Positions 38,123 through 47,618 are shown, counted from the first letter of the stretch. The stretch: 64,000 nucleotides of DNA from Oligoflexales bacterium (GCA_041736175.1 JBGSUI010000246.1:1-64000), one strand, 5' to 3'. The notes: generated from the sequence alone by a model not told the origin. Made by a program: numbers and translations.

Positions 38123-39675
38123 GCCCTGAAACTAATCAACAAGCCATCAAACCAGTCCCCCTAAAGCCCGCCGAGCCGGTTGTAAAAGAGACGGTTACCT
38201 TTACGATCAACGACAAGGAGATCACGGTCCCAAAAGGGACGACAGTGATGGCGGCTGCAAAGCAGAATGATGTTTATATACCCCATTTTTGCTGGCACCC
38301 CGGCCTGAGCGTGGCTGGGGTTTGTCGGTTTTGCATGGTCAAGGTGGAAGGTCGTCCAAAGCTTGAGATTGGATGCAATCTCACCGCCACTCCTGGTATG
38401 AAGGTGTCGACCCTCACCCCAGAGGTTAAAGAAGCCCATAAATGGGCTTTAGAATTTCACCTGATCAACCATCCCCTGGACTGTCCAATCTGCGATCAAG
38501 CTGGCGAATGCAAGCTCCAAGACTACTATATGGAAGTCGGTCAGTACAAAAGCCAGATGGAAAGACCAAAAGTCTTAAAACCTAAAGCGATCGACGTGGG
38601 TGATGACCTGGTGTTAGACACCGAACGCTGCATCCTCTGTGATCGCTGCGTTCGGTTTGAGGCAGAGGTCACAAAAACAGCGGCTCTGGGCATCTTTAAT
38701 CGAGGCGACCGCGCGGTGATTGGCACCTATCCCGGCAAAAAGATTTCTCATCAGTACCAGACCAATATCGTCGATATCTGTCCGGTCGGTGCGTTTACCT
38801 CCAAAGATTTTAGATTTAAGCAGCGGGTCTGGTTTCTTAAACACAAGCCTACTATCTGTCCAGGATGCTCTACCGGATGCCATGTGGATGTGTACGGCAA
38901 ACCGGATACCAGAACCTACTACCGGGTCAAACCTCGGGAGAGCGATGTAAACCAGTTTTGGATGTGCGATACGGGTCGCAAGACCTACAAACATCTTAAC
39001 CAAGAAAATCGCCTACGGGGAGCGATCACCAGTGGCGCAAGTCGCAAAAGGGCTACCTTAGCCGAGGCCTATCAGGTCTTGGCAGAAAAAATAAAATCAG
39101 CAAGCGTTCAGGATCTTGCCTTGCTGGTAGCTCCGCAATACACCTGCGAAGAGTATCAAAAGTTTTTTGAGTTTTTTGTAGATAAACTTAAGATCACCAA
39201 GGTGTTTGAATGGCGAGAACCTACCGAAGACCGTAAGGCTTTTGATGGGATTTTGTATCGGGGTGACAAAAACCCTAATTCGCTCGGATTGCGTCAATCC
39301 TTGGAAAAACGTGGTCTGGTCAAACCAGGCCAAGAGATTCCAGGTTTCAACGACGTAGCCGCCTCCGGTGCGACCTGTGTGATCGCATTAGCTCCCGAGA
39401 TTTTGTTCCAGTACCCAAGCCTTGCCTCCCAGATGGCGCTGTTGGAAGAGTTGAGTTTTGTATCCCTCTGGACGGTCTCGGCTGATTTGGTCGCATCGAA
39501 AAAAATCAAGCATGCCTTACCTATGAAGGGTTTTGCGGAAAAAACCGGCACCTTCCTTAACTTTGAGGGCAAGGTAGGCCAGCTCCAAGAAGCCTTTCCG
39601 TCGGCAGTGGAAGATGCACGCGATATTAGTGAAACCGTGACATCCCTAGGGGAAGTCTTGATGGGATTATCTTAA
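38119..39675 (+). CDS. nuoG: NADH-quinone oxidoreductase subunit G (short form)
   Basis: PHFCWH..CRFC, HPLDCPICDQAGEC, CILCDRCVRF, CPGCSTGC. Confidence 0.93.
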   Translation: MSPETNQQAIKPVPLKPAEPVVKETVTFTINDKEITVPKGTTVMAAAKQNDVYIPHFCWHPGLSVAGVCRFCMVKVEGRPKLEIGCNLTATPGMKVSTLTPEVKEAHKWALEFHLINHPLDCPICDQAGECKLQDYYMEVGQYKSQMERPKVLKPKAIDVGDDLVLDTERCILCDRCVRFEAEVTKTAALGIFNRGDRAVIGTYPGKKISHQYQTNIVDICPVGAFTSKDFRFKQRVWFLKHKPTICPGCSTGCHVDVYGKPDTRTYYRVKPRESDVNQFWMCDTGRKTYKHLNQENRLRGAITSGASRKRATLAEAYQVLAEKIKSASVQDLALLVAPQYTCEEYQKFFEFFVDKLKITKVFEWREPTEDRKAFDGILYRGDKNPNSLGLRQSLEKRGLVKPGQEIPGFNDVAASGATCVIALAPEILFQYPSLASQMALLEELSFVSLWTVSADLVASKKIKHALPMKGFAEKTGTFLNFEGKVGQLQEAFPSAVEDARDISETVTSLGEVLMGLS

Positions 39676-39690
39676 AAGGGGGGGCTCATC

Positions 39691-40299
39691 ATGGGTGTGA
39701 TCAAGGTCGGTTTACCACCAAAAGACAATAATTTATTTCAGCTAGCTCAGGGCTATTTCTCTACCATCACCACCGGTATGATCAAGACGGGAGCGATCTT
39801 CTGGAAGCAGATCTCCGGCAAAGAAAAGACCAATACCCTCGAATGGCCGGAGGAGCCAGCGACCTATGGGGATCGTTTCAAGGGTAAACATTTTTTAACC
39901 AGACGCGAAGATGGCCAAATAAGGTGCACTGCATGTTTCCTCTGTGCGACGGCGTGTCCTGCGGAGTGTATTCATATCGTTGCAGGCCAGCATCCGACCA
40001 ATGAAGTTGAAAAGTTTCCAGTTCGTTTCGAGATAGATATTCTGCGGTGTGTGTTTTGTGGTTTTTGCGAAGAAGCCTGTCCTGTCGATGCTATCAGGCT
40101 GGGACCAGAGTATGTTATGGCTGGGCTTGCTGGCGAAAAATGGGTCTATACTAAAGACTATCTCGCAGACAGATCTCAGCTACAGGGGGGGATCACAAGT
40201 GTAAAAGACGAAAACGTCAAACACTTTACCGTGGATACCAAGATCGATCCCGAAGATCTTTTAGCGACGGATGCTCCCCATATGCGAGGCCACTCTTGA
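39691..40299 (+). CDS. nuoI: NADH-quinone oxidoreductase subunit I
   Basis: Two CxxCxxCxxxCP motifs; CVFCGFCEEACPVDAI. Confidence 0.95.
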   Translation: MGVIKVGLPPKDNNLFQLAQGYFSTITTGMIKTGAIFWKQISGKEKTNTLEWPEEPATYGDRFKGKHFLTRREDGQIRCTACFLCATACPAECIHIVAGQHPTNEVEKFPVRFEIDILRCVFCGFCEEACPVDAIRLGPEYVMAGLAGEKWVYTKDYLADRSQLQGGITSVKDENVKHFTVDTKIDPEDLLATDAPHMRGHS

Positions 40300-40808
40300 A
40301 TCAGGCAAGTACGGGGGAGCTCCGCCTCTATTTGGTGCGCCATGGCGAAGCGGAATCTCCCAAAAAAGGCGACGATTTTGGCCGCAGACTTACTCCGCGA
40401 GGAATCCAGCAAGCCACCTGGTTAAGCCACCAGCTAAGGATTGTTGTTCCTTTGGTGATTGTAAGCCAGGCGGCTCGGGCTGCGGAAACAGCCGAGATCC
40501 TCTGGGCCAGTCCCCCGAGTGGAGCCTCACCCCAAAAAAGGGTGGTGCTGCGAGATGTTTATATGGCGGGCCAAAAAGATCTGCTCCGATTGGTTTCTTC
40601 AACCGTCAACGACGGTCTTCAGCGAGAAATCATGGTCGTTGGGCATAACCCTGGGATCTCCCAGGTGGCTCAGGTGCTTACAGGACAAGATATTCATATG
40701 GCAACAGCCGATCTCGTCGTCCTAGGGCATAGGTCAGAGTCATGGCCCGAAGCTCTCTGGGATGAGGGTGCTTGGCAGATGATCCAACACCTTAACAATC
40801 CGTGTTGA
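40296..40808 (+). CDS. sixA: SixA-like histidine phosphatase
   Basis: LYLVRHGEA, RRLTPRG, VGHNPG. Confidence 0.85.
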   Translation: MNQASTGELRLYLVRHGEAESPKKGDDFGRRLTPRGIQQATWLSHQLRIVVPLVIVSQAARAAETAEILWASPPSGASPQKRVVLRDVYMAGQKDLLRLVSSTVNDGLQREIMVVGHNPGISQVAQVLTGQDIHMATADLVVLGHRSESWPEALWDEGAWQMIQHLNNPC

Positions 40809-40813
40809 TTTTT

Positions 40814-41002
40814 TTACTGATTGGTTAAAAGATCGGTGGGATTGATGGGACTTATGAATGTAGAGGTTTCTGAAGGTGGGCTAACCCTTTTCTGTGGGGA
40901 AGGCTGCATGCTTTCATCGTTTATATTTGCAGAAGGGCCTCTAAACTCTCTTGGTCTTTGGGATCTTATCCAGGCACCAATTGTCTTTTGGTTTATGTCC
41001 AT
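40814..41002 (-). CDS. Small hypothetical protein (62 aa)
   Basis: GGAGG RBS 7 nt before the ATG at 41002; fills the gap convergent to sixA. Confidence 0.45.
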   Translation of the reverse strand: MDINQKTIGAWIRSQRPREFRGPSANINDESMQPSPQKRVSPPSETSTFISPINPTDLLTNQ

Positions 41003-41220
41003 CAAATTTCCTCCATCTAGAATCTTTTAAGCCTTAGGATTTGATTCGTCATGAAACAAGATGAACTTTAGGGAAGGCCGCATTATTGGGGGGATGGGGA
41101 AGGCTAAAGTGGTTTGAGACATATAAAGATTCGTGACGTTTTATGTTTCAATTCAACCCAATATAGGCAAACCTAGGATTTCATGTTAGGCTCCCCGTCC
41201 AGGATAAGGAGATACTTACT

Positions 41221-42144
41221 ATGGATAGCCTGAATCAAGCCCAAGCTCCCCTTGCTCCCCAAGCTCCCCTTGCTCCCCAAGAAGTGAGCAAACTAGTACG
41301 ACTCCTTGCCCTTGAGGAAATAGAAACTCAGGTGTTTTATGGGGAAAGCCAAGATCTCGGATTTCCACAGCTGTTTGGTGGACAGGTTTTAGGCCAGGCT
41401 CTTATGGCTGCTTGCAAAACCGTGGCGAAGGATCGATTTGCGCACTCCTTCCATGGTTATTTTTTACGACCAGGGAATCCCGTGGAGCCGATCTACTATG
41501 AAGTCGATCTGATCAGAACTGGCAAAAGTTTTTCGACTCGGCGGGTGTTAGCAAAACAAAAAGGTTTAGCCATCTATGCGGCACAACTCTCCTTCCAAAA
41601 AGCAGAAGGAGGACTCTCCCATAGCGAGACGATGCCCCAGGTCCCCGATCCTGAAAGCCTTAAGAGCGATGAGCAGGTTCTTAGGACGCTTAAGGATAAA
41701 ATACCCCGAGGTTTGGGCGACAAATTGCTTGCCTTTAGGCCCATTGAAATCAGGTCTGTAGAACAAACAGACTACGAAAACCCCAAACCGTCACAAGGCA
41801 AAAAATATTTTTGGACGCGGGTCAAAAGCCCCTTGCCGGAGGACCCACTTATCTCCCAAGCGTTTTTGGCCTATGCTTCGGATTTTGGGCTATCAAGCAC
41901 CTCTCTTTTGCCCCATGGGTTGACTTTTTTATCGCCTGGTATGCAGCTAGCAAGTCTTGACCACACCATGTGGTTTCACCGACCCTTTCGTTATGAGGGA
42001 TGGTTTTTACATGCCCTTGAGAGCACTTGTACCTTTGGCAGTCGAGGGCTAAATCGAGGGATGATCTTTGCCCAGGATGGGACCCTAGTGGCTTCGATGG
42101 TACAGGAAGGGCTTATTCGTAAAAATGCGGGTAAACAATTATGA
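41221..42144 (+). CDS. tesB: Acyl-CoA thioesterase II
   Basis: FGGQVLGQAL, HSFHGYFLRPG, AYASDF, ASLDHTMWFH, QEGLIR. Confidence 0.95.
   Translation: MDSLNQAQAPLAPQAPLAPQEVSKLVRLLALEEIETQVFYGESQDLGFPQLFGGQVLGQALMAACKTVAKDRFAHSFHGYFLRPGNPVEPIYYEVDLIRTGKSFSTRRVLAKQKGLAIYAAQLSFQKAEGGLSHSETMPQVPDPESLKSDEQVLRTLKDKIPRGLGDKLLAFRPIEIRSVEQTDYENPKPSQGKKYFWTRVKSPLPEDPLISQAFLAYASDFGLSSTSLLPHGLTFLSPGMQLASLDHTMWFHRPFRYEGWFLHALESTCTFGSRGLNRGMIFAQDGTLVASMVQEGLIRKNAGKQL
41240..41281 (+). repeat. 18-bp tandem repeat (about 2.3 copies) encoding QAPLAP
   Basis: CCCAAGCTCCCCTTGCTC twice plus CCCAAG. Confidence 0.85.
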
Positions 42145-43406
42145 TTTTCGATATTTTCCATTCTCTAGGGCGGGTTGATTCTCTTCCCAAAAGATTAACC
42201 GACAAAGATGTGTTTACCCAGTTTTTTCAGCAGACCAAACTAGCCGAAGACCTTGGGTTTAGAAAGGTGTGGGTCGCGGAAAGCCACTTTTCTAGCGAGG
42301 TGCAGAAGTCTCATAAAGAGCCAGTGATTCCCCATTATCGTGGAGAAGTCGGTCTTAATGCCGATTCGTTTCAGTTGGCCCATCTAGTACGCCAAAGCAC
42401 CCGCAAGATAGGATTTGGCACGGCGATCACCAATATCGTCGGGGGTAATGGGGGGCCCCTTGCGGTTGCTGATCGGGTCAGAATGCTCGCCTGGACCCAA
42501 AAGATGCTGGGTCTGGATTCTGCCCCTAGAGATCTTTCCATCGGTTTTGCTTCTGGTAGGTTTCCCTATATCAATCGTCCTTTTGGGATTGTTCCGCGCG
42601 ACCCCTTGGAGACCCTGATTTGGCCGACGATCCAGCGCTTTATTTTCATCGAGGCGATGGAGATCTTTCTCCGACTGTCCAGGGGACAGGTCCTAAGTAG
42701 TACCGATATCACCCCCCATTGGTTGAGTCGGTCGCTTTTTTCAGAGTCTCATTGGGATGCTATAAAAGATCTTTCGAGTCAGGATAAGACCTTTAGAATC
42801 GACGACGATAGAATACGATATCGGCCCCGGTGGGAGTTTGACAAGATGTTGCTTATTCCTGATATGACCCCCGAGGAGCTGCAGGTGACTTTTGTCTTAG
42901 GATCCCATGACCCCCTTGCGCGGCGCCTCGGGCTTAAATGTAGCGATCTCGATATATTTAATCTCTCTTTTACCCCGCCAGCAGAGATCGATAAAACCCA
43001 TGTCGAGATGGCTGGACTTATTGAGTCACTGCAGTCATACCCTAAGCAGCAGCGAGAAAAGCCTATCGCCTACAAGCCTTGGCATAGGTCGCGAATGCCG
43101 CGGACTGTGCTTGTCTTTATTGACCGGGATGGGAAAAAGGCGCGTCTTAGGGGAGAAAAAGCCCTCGATATTTATAGAACGGCCATGGCAGGGACGGTGC
43201 AACTCCCCTCCCAGGATGATCTGATGGCGAGAGCGCTCGTAGGAAGTCCCGAGGAGATCGTCGAGCAGTTGCAGCCGGGTGCTGCCCATGGATTTCAGGC
43301 AGATGATCGACTGATGCTTTGGTTTGAATTCAACCAATCCGAAGGGGAATCCATACTGAGTCAAATGCGTCTCTTTGCTGACTCTGTAATGCCCCATTAT
43401 ATGTAA
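42141..43406 (+). CDS. LLM-class (luciferase-like) flavin-dependent oxidoreductase
   Basis: AEDLGFRKVWVAESHFS, IGFGTAI, LVGSPEEIVEQL, MRLFADSVMP. Confidence 0.85.
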   Translation: MIFDIFHSLGRVDSLPKRLTDKDVFTQFFQQTKLAEDLGFRKVWVAESHFSSEVQKSHKEPVIPHYRGEVGLNADSFQLAHLVRQSTRKIGFGTAITNIVGGNGGPLAVADRVRMLAWTQKMLGLDSAPRDLSIGFASGRFPYINRPFGIVPRDPLETLIWPTIQRFIFIEAMEIFLRLSRGQVLSSTDITPHWLSRSLFSESHWDAIKDLSSQDKTFRIDDDRIRYRPRWEFDKMLLIPDMTPEELQVTFVLGSHDPLARRLGLKCSDLDIFNLSFTPPAEIDKTHVEMAGLIESLQSYPKQQREKPIAYKPWHRSRMPRTVLVFIDRDGKKARLRGEKALDIYRTAMAGTVQLPSQDDLMARALVGSPEEIVEQLQPGAAHGFQADDRLMLWFEFNQSEGESILSQMRLFADSVMPHYM

Positions 43407-43442
43407 AGCAAAGAAGTCCTTTAACTGGATAGGAGTGGAACG

Positions 43443-44450
43443 TTGACAATCCGGCGAAACGGTACCATTTACAATAATACTCGGCCCTTTTTTGCCATAG
43501 AGCGAAAAAATATCCCAGAGATCGTTATTGAAGGAGTCTGGACCTATAAAAAAGGCGACTCTAAACCCCTTGGCGATCAGGTCCAGGTGGTGATGCGGTC
43601 GCTCTTTAAGCCGTGGCAGTTTATGGCCCTCGATCTGTTAGGCGACTCTTTAGATCATGGAGACAAAAAGCAACCCTGGTCCATGGCTCTCAGCTCCCAT
43701 AGCGGCCAGGAGCCGCATCTCACCGCTCTGGGCCAACTTATCCGAGAAGTGGAGGCAACAGAATCAGATTTGGTCTGTCCCCGCAGTTATCCCATGGATA
43801 TTTACGCGGCAGCATTGGCAAAAGAAAGGGGCCAGCCTCCCTCGCGGTTAAATCATCCATGTGCCGGAAAACACCTTGCCTATATTGCCGCCTGCAAAAA
43901 ATATGGGTATTCCCTAGACCATTACTGGTCTGACCAGCATCCCATCCATAAACGGATTACGAGTTTAATTGGGACCCAGATCTATGAAAAACCCACATGG
44001 TGTACTGATAGCTGCGGTCTGCCGACTCTGGCCCTTTCGACCTTTGAGCTGGTCAATCTCTGGCAAAAATTGGCAAGCAGCCAGGAGCCTCGGTATGGGA
44101 GGGCTCGGGGGTTGATGATCGATCATCCCCTGCTTGTAGGAGGTTCTAAGAGATTGGATTCGGATCTGATCGAAAAGGGCCAAGGTCGCATTCTGGCTAA
44201 AGAAGGCGCCGATGGTCTTTTGGTGGTGAGTAGTATCCCCTACGAAAACGAACCGCCCTCAACCTGTTTTATTAAGTTGGCATCGGGATATAATCAAACC
44301 TATTTAGCATTAGCTTTATGGTCAGTCTTGTCCCAAATCGAAGATCTAACCCCAGTCTTTCGCACGACGAGGGAATTCCTCAAGACCAGACTCGAACATT
44401 GGATCCCATCTGACCAAGATTTTAAAGTCTTGCTAAACCCTTATGAATAG
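43443..44450 (+). CDS. Rhizobium-type (class 3) L-asparaginase-like protein
   Basis: RSLFKPWQ, SSHSG, CAGKH, DSCGLP, AKEGADG. Confidence 0.82.
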   Translation: MTIRRNGTIYNNTRPFFAIERKNIPEIVIEGVWTYKKGDSKPLGDQVQVVMRSLFKPWQFMALDLLGDSLDHGDKKQPWSMALSSHSGQEPHLTALGQLIREVEATESDLVCPRSYPMDIYAAALAKERGQPPSRLNHPCAGKHLAYIAACKKYGYSLDHYWSDQHPIHKRITSLIGTQIYEKPTWCTDSCGLPTLALSTFELVNLWQKLASSQEPRYGRARGLMIDHPLLVGGSKRLDSDLIEKGQGRILAKEGADGLLVVSSIPYENEPPSTCFIKLASGYNQTYLALALWSVLSQIEDLTPVFRTTREFLKTRLEHWIPSDQDFKVLLNPYE

Positions 44451-44474
44451 TCTTCTTAAATAAAGTTTAAATCG

Positions 44475-45434
44475 ATGAAAGTCTATCAGTTTACTGTTTC
44501 CTATGACGAAGCCGGCCAACGACTCGACGGGTTTTTAGCGCTTAAAACCGGGCTCTATTCTAAACGCAAAGTAAAAACCATGATCGATGCTGGACATATC
44601 GACGTCAATGGTAAGCGGCAAAAAATGGCCAGCTATGCTGTCGTAAGGGGGGACAAAATAAAGCTACACGATCCTGGTGAATCTCCCCGTCCCAGTGATG
44701 GGATCTTTAGCCTTAAAGATAGCGATATCCTCTATGACGCCGACGAACTCGTCGTGATCAACAAACCCCCTGGACTAGCCTCCCAGCAGACAAAAGATCC
44801 AAGATTTCCCCACGTTTTAGGGGTTCTTGAGGATTATTATCGAAACAAAAATATCGCTCTGGCGTCCCCCCTTATTTTAGTCCATCGGCTGGATCTTGAA
44901 ACCTCGGGGGTCCTTATTGTGGCCAAGACGCCTCGTTGTGCTACGGAAGTCACAGAACAGTTTAGAAATAGAGAGGTGCTAAAAATCTATTTAGCTCTAA
45001 GCCAGGGCAGGTGCTCGGCGCAACAGTTTATCGAAACAACGCCTCTCTCCGAGATCGACAAAAAGACAGGAAATGTTCGCCCGGTGCGAGCCGGAGGTAA
45101 ACAAGCCGTGACAGAGTTTACGGTCCTCGACCAAAGGGAAGATATCCCCCTCTGCCTGATCGAATGCCGGCCTAAGACTGGGAGGAGCCATCAGATACGC
45201 GTTCACTTGGATATCAACGGACTTCCCATCTTGGGGGATAAGCGCTATGGAGCTACCAAACGGAGATTGCTCCCTCCTGGCTATGCCCAAGTGGAACAGC
45301 TGGCAGCAAAATACCACTGTCTCCATGCAGCTCAGCTTACCTTTAGGCCCCGTTCTAAGGCCGACTCCTTAACCCTTAGAGCTCCCTTGCCCCCGCATTT
45401 TAGGGGGATCTTGGACGCCGTGAAGTTCAAATAG
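44475..45434 (+). CDS. RluA-family pseudouridine synthase with S4 domain
   Basis: QRLDGFL S4 start, INKPPGL, HRLDLETSG, TGRSHQIRVH, GDKRYG. Confidence 0.95.
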   Translation: MKVYQFTVSYDEAGQRLDGFLALKTGLYSKRKVKTMIDAGHIDVNGKRQKMASYAVVRGDKIKLHDPGESPRPSDGIFSLKDSDILYDADELVVINKPPGLASQQTKDPRFPHVLGVLEDYYRNKNIALASPLILVHRLDLETSGVLIVAKTPRCATEVTEQFRNREVLKIYLALSQGRCSAQQFIETTPLSEIDKKTGNVRPVRAGGKQAVTEFTVLDQREDIPLCLIECRPKTGRSHQIRVHLDINGLPILGDKRYGATKRRLLPPGYAQVEQLAAKYHCLHAAQLTFRPRSKADSLTLRAPLPPHFRGILDAVKFK

Positions 45435-45453
45435 TAATTTGAAGTTTTCATAC

Positions 45454-45480
45454 GCCAGATAATTAATCTGGCATTTTTTT
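45454..45480 (+). terminator. Intrinsic terminator
   Basis: GCCAGAT-AATTA-ATCTGGC followed by ATTTTTTT. Confidence 0.8.
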
Positions 45481-45623
45481 AGGTCAATTCAAATCGTTAC
45501 AGATAGGGTGCGAAAATAGAAAAAGCAGCAAAAATCATCACAAAACTTCACAAAACTAAGATTTCAATAGTATTTGGATGGCCAGAGAAAGTTCAACCGG
45601 CGCTGTTTGTGATCATGAGAGTC

Positions 45624-45652
45624 TTGACAATTCCGCTAAAAGCGTTCACTAT
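45624..45652 (+). promoter_or_regulatory. sigma70-type promoter
   Basis: TTGACA-N17-CACTAT upstream of the RCC1-repeat gene. Confidence 0.5.
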
Positions 45653-45799
45653 GAATGTATCATTAGATATGTAAACTAAAAAATCCTGCCCCAGCGCCTC
45701 GGCACACCTGTTGAGACCGATTTATCATGTGGCCCCGCGGGTCCAGGCCCTGGGGTTTTCTAATTTCTGACACGTACCTCTTATTTAGAAGGGAACACG

Positions 45800-47227
45800 A
45801 TGAGCGAAAATATCGAGGACAAAAAACTCCCTTCCCCTCAAGAAAGCAATCCAGAGTGTCCCTCTAAGACGCCTATTTCTTCGACCCATACCGAACCTAC
45901 GGATAGGGATCGCTCTGCTCATCCCGCCATGGATTCGCCAAAAAATGCCTTCCCCTCTCCCCTCCCTACCTTCCCCTTACAGTCGTCCCCCTCTCTCACT
46001 TTCCCTGCCCCAAAAGACCTCAATCGGCCCATGGAGCTGCAACCCCTCTCTCGCCGCCACCTGATCGGCATGGTCCCTAAAGCGACTTTAGCAACCTGGA
46101 TAGGTACGGGGGAGGATCGAGGGTTTGCTTTCAATAACATGATGATGTTTAGAAAAAAAAAGATCCCACCAAACAGCTACAGCCTCTGGGTCTTTGGGGA
46201 TAACTATTATGGCCAGCTTGGGCTTGGGAACACGACTAACCGCTCTAGCCCCGTTCAGGTGGGGACTTTAAGCTCCTGGAGTGAGGCGGCGGCGGGATAT
46301 AGGCACACCATTACGCGACGAACAGACGGCACCCTATGGGCCTTTGGGAATAACGGTCGTGGCCAGCTGGGGCTTGGGGACGTGACTCGCCGATCTAGCC
46401 CTGTCCAGGTGGGGTCTTTAAGCTCCTGGAGTGAGGTGGCGGCGGGATATGGCCGCTCCATAGCCCGCCGAACAGACGGCACCCTCTGGGGCTTTGGGAA
46501 TAACTATTATGGCCAGCTTGGGCTTGGGAACGAGACTGTCCAATCTAGCCCAGTCCAGGTAGGCTCTTTAAGCTCCTGGAGTGAGGTGGCGCTGGGGGGT
46601 CACCATACCATAGCCCGTCGATCAGACGGCACCCTCTGGACCTTTGGGGATAACTCTTATGGCCAGCTTGGGCGTGGGAACACGACTGACCGATCTAGCC
46701 CCGTCCAGGTGGGAAATTTAAGCTCCTGGAGTGAGGTGGCGGCGGGATATGACCACTCCATAGCTCGGCGAACAGACGGCACCCTATGGTCTTTTGGGTC
46801 TAACAATAATGGTCAGCTTGGGCTTGGGAACGAGACTGACCGCAGTAGCCCAGTCCAGGTGGGTTCATTAAGCTCATGGACTGAGGTGGCGGGGGGATCT
46901 ACCCACACCATAGCCCGTCGAACAGACGGGACCCTTTGGGCCTGGGGGTATAACTATTATGGCCAGCTTGGGCTTGGGGACGTGACTTACCGTAGTAGCC
47001 CTGTCCAGGTGGGAAATTTAAGCTCCTGGAGTGAGGTGGCGGTGGGATTTTACCACACCATGGCCCGACGCACAGACGGGACTTTGTGGGCCTTTGGACG
47101 TAACTCTTATGGCCGGCTGGGGCTTGGGGACACAGCTCACCGCAGCAATCCCGTTCAGGTGGGGAGCCTTAGCAGCTGGTTCAAAATCTCCGGTGGCGGC
47201 TACCATGTCATTGCACTCAAATCTTGA
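45800..47227 (+). CDS. RCC1/BLIP-II-repeat seven-bladed beta-propeller protein
   Basis: Seven 50-aa units LWxFGxNxxGQLGLG...SSPVQVG...AGxxH; Pro-rich N-terminus and SRRHL motif. Confidence 0.92.
   Translation: MSENIEDKKLPSPQESNPECPSKTPISSTHTEPTDRDRSAHPAMDSPKNAFPSPLPTFPLQSSPSLTFPAPKDLNRPMELQPLSRRHLIGMVPKATLATWIGTGEDRGFAFNNMMMFRKKKIPPNSYSLWVFGDNYYGQLGLGNTTNRSSPVQVGTLSSWSEAAAGYRHTITRRTDGTLWAFGNNGRGQLGLGDVTRRSSPVQVGSLSSWSEVAAGYGRSIARRTDGTLWGFGNNYYGQLGLGNETVQSSPVQVGSLSSWSEVALGGHHTIARRSDGTLWTFGDNSYGQLGRGNTTDRSSPVQVGNLSSWSEVAAGYDHSIARRTDGTLWSFGSNNNGQLGLGNETDRSSPVQVGSLSSWTEVAGGSTHTIARRTDGTLWAWGYNYYGQLGLGDVTYRSSPVQVGNLSSWSEVAVGFYHTMARRTDGTLWAFGRNSYGRLGLGDTAHRSNPVQVGSLSSWFKISGGGYHVIALKS
46184..47224 (+). 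repeat. Seven tandem 150-bp near-identical coding repeats
   Basis: Units start at 46184, 46334, 46484, 46634, 46784, 46934 and 47084 with no indels; the last unit diverges at its 3' end. Confidence 0.97.
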
Positions 47228-47600
47228 GCTTCTTCTGGACTTTGGCGTGCCTCCTCCGGCTCTTGCGTGACCAAGGGTTGTGATTTTGCAGCTGAGCTTG
47301 ACCGGAAATGCTGACTCTGAGCTGACCGGCTATTTTTTAACAAAGTCGCCTGACATCGTTTAAGGAGGAAAGTACTTGATAGCCCCCTCTCCTCCCCATA
47401 CAGGCCCTTGGTGCTCTTGAGCGGTGGATAATACGCCGGAGCTCTGGTGTCTAAAGAATGATAAAATAATAGAGAGTTGACATTTAGATATTTCCTTATG
47501 ATTTCATTAAAGGATTTAATATAAGGTTTAGAACCTTCGGCTGAACACAGCGCAGGCCTAGGCTGTTTCCACGGCAACCGGCTCTTCCCATCAACAAGTA

Positions 47601-47618
47601 TTGGCATCATTTTTGCTC
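47601..47618 (+). promoter_or_regulatory. sigma54-type promoter
   Basis: TTGGCATCATTTTTGCTC, close to consensus. Confidence 0.7.

Noticed and set aside
46184..47224. CRISPR array interpretation of the regular repeats
   Set aside because: The units are contiguous in-frame 150-bp coding repeats with no unique spacers and no cas genes.
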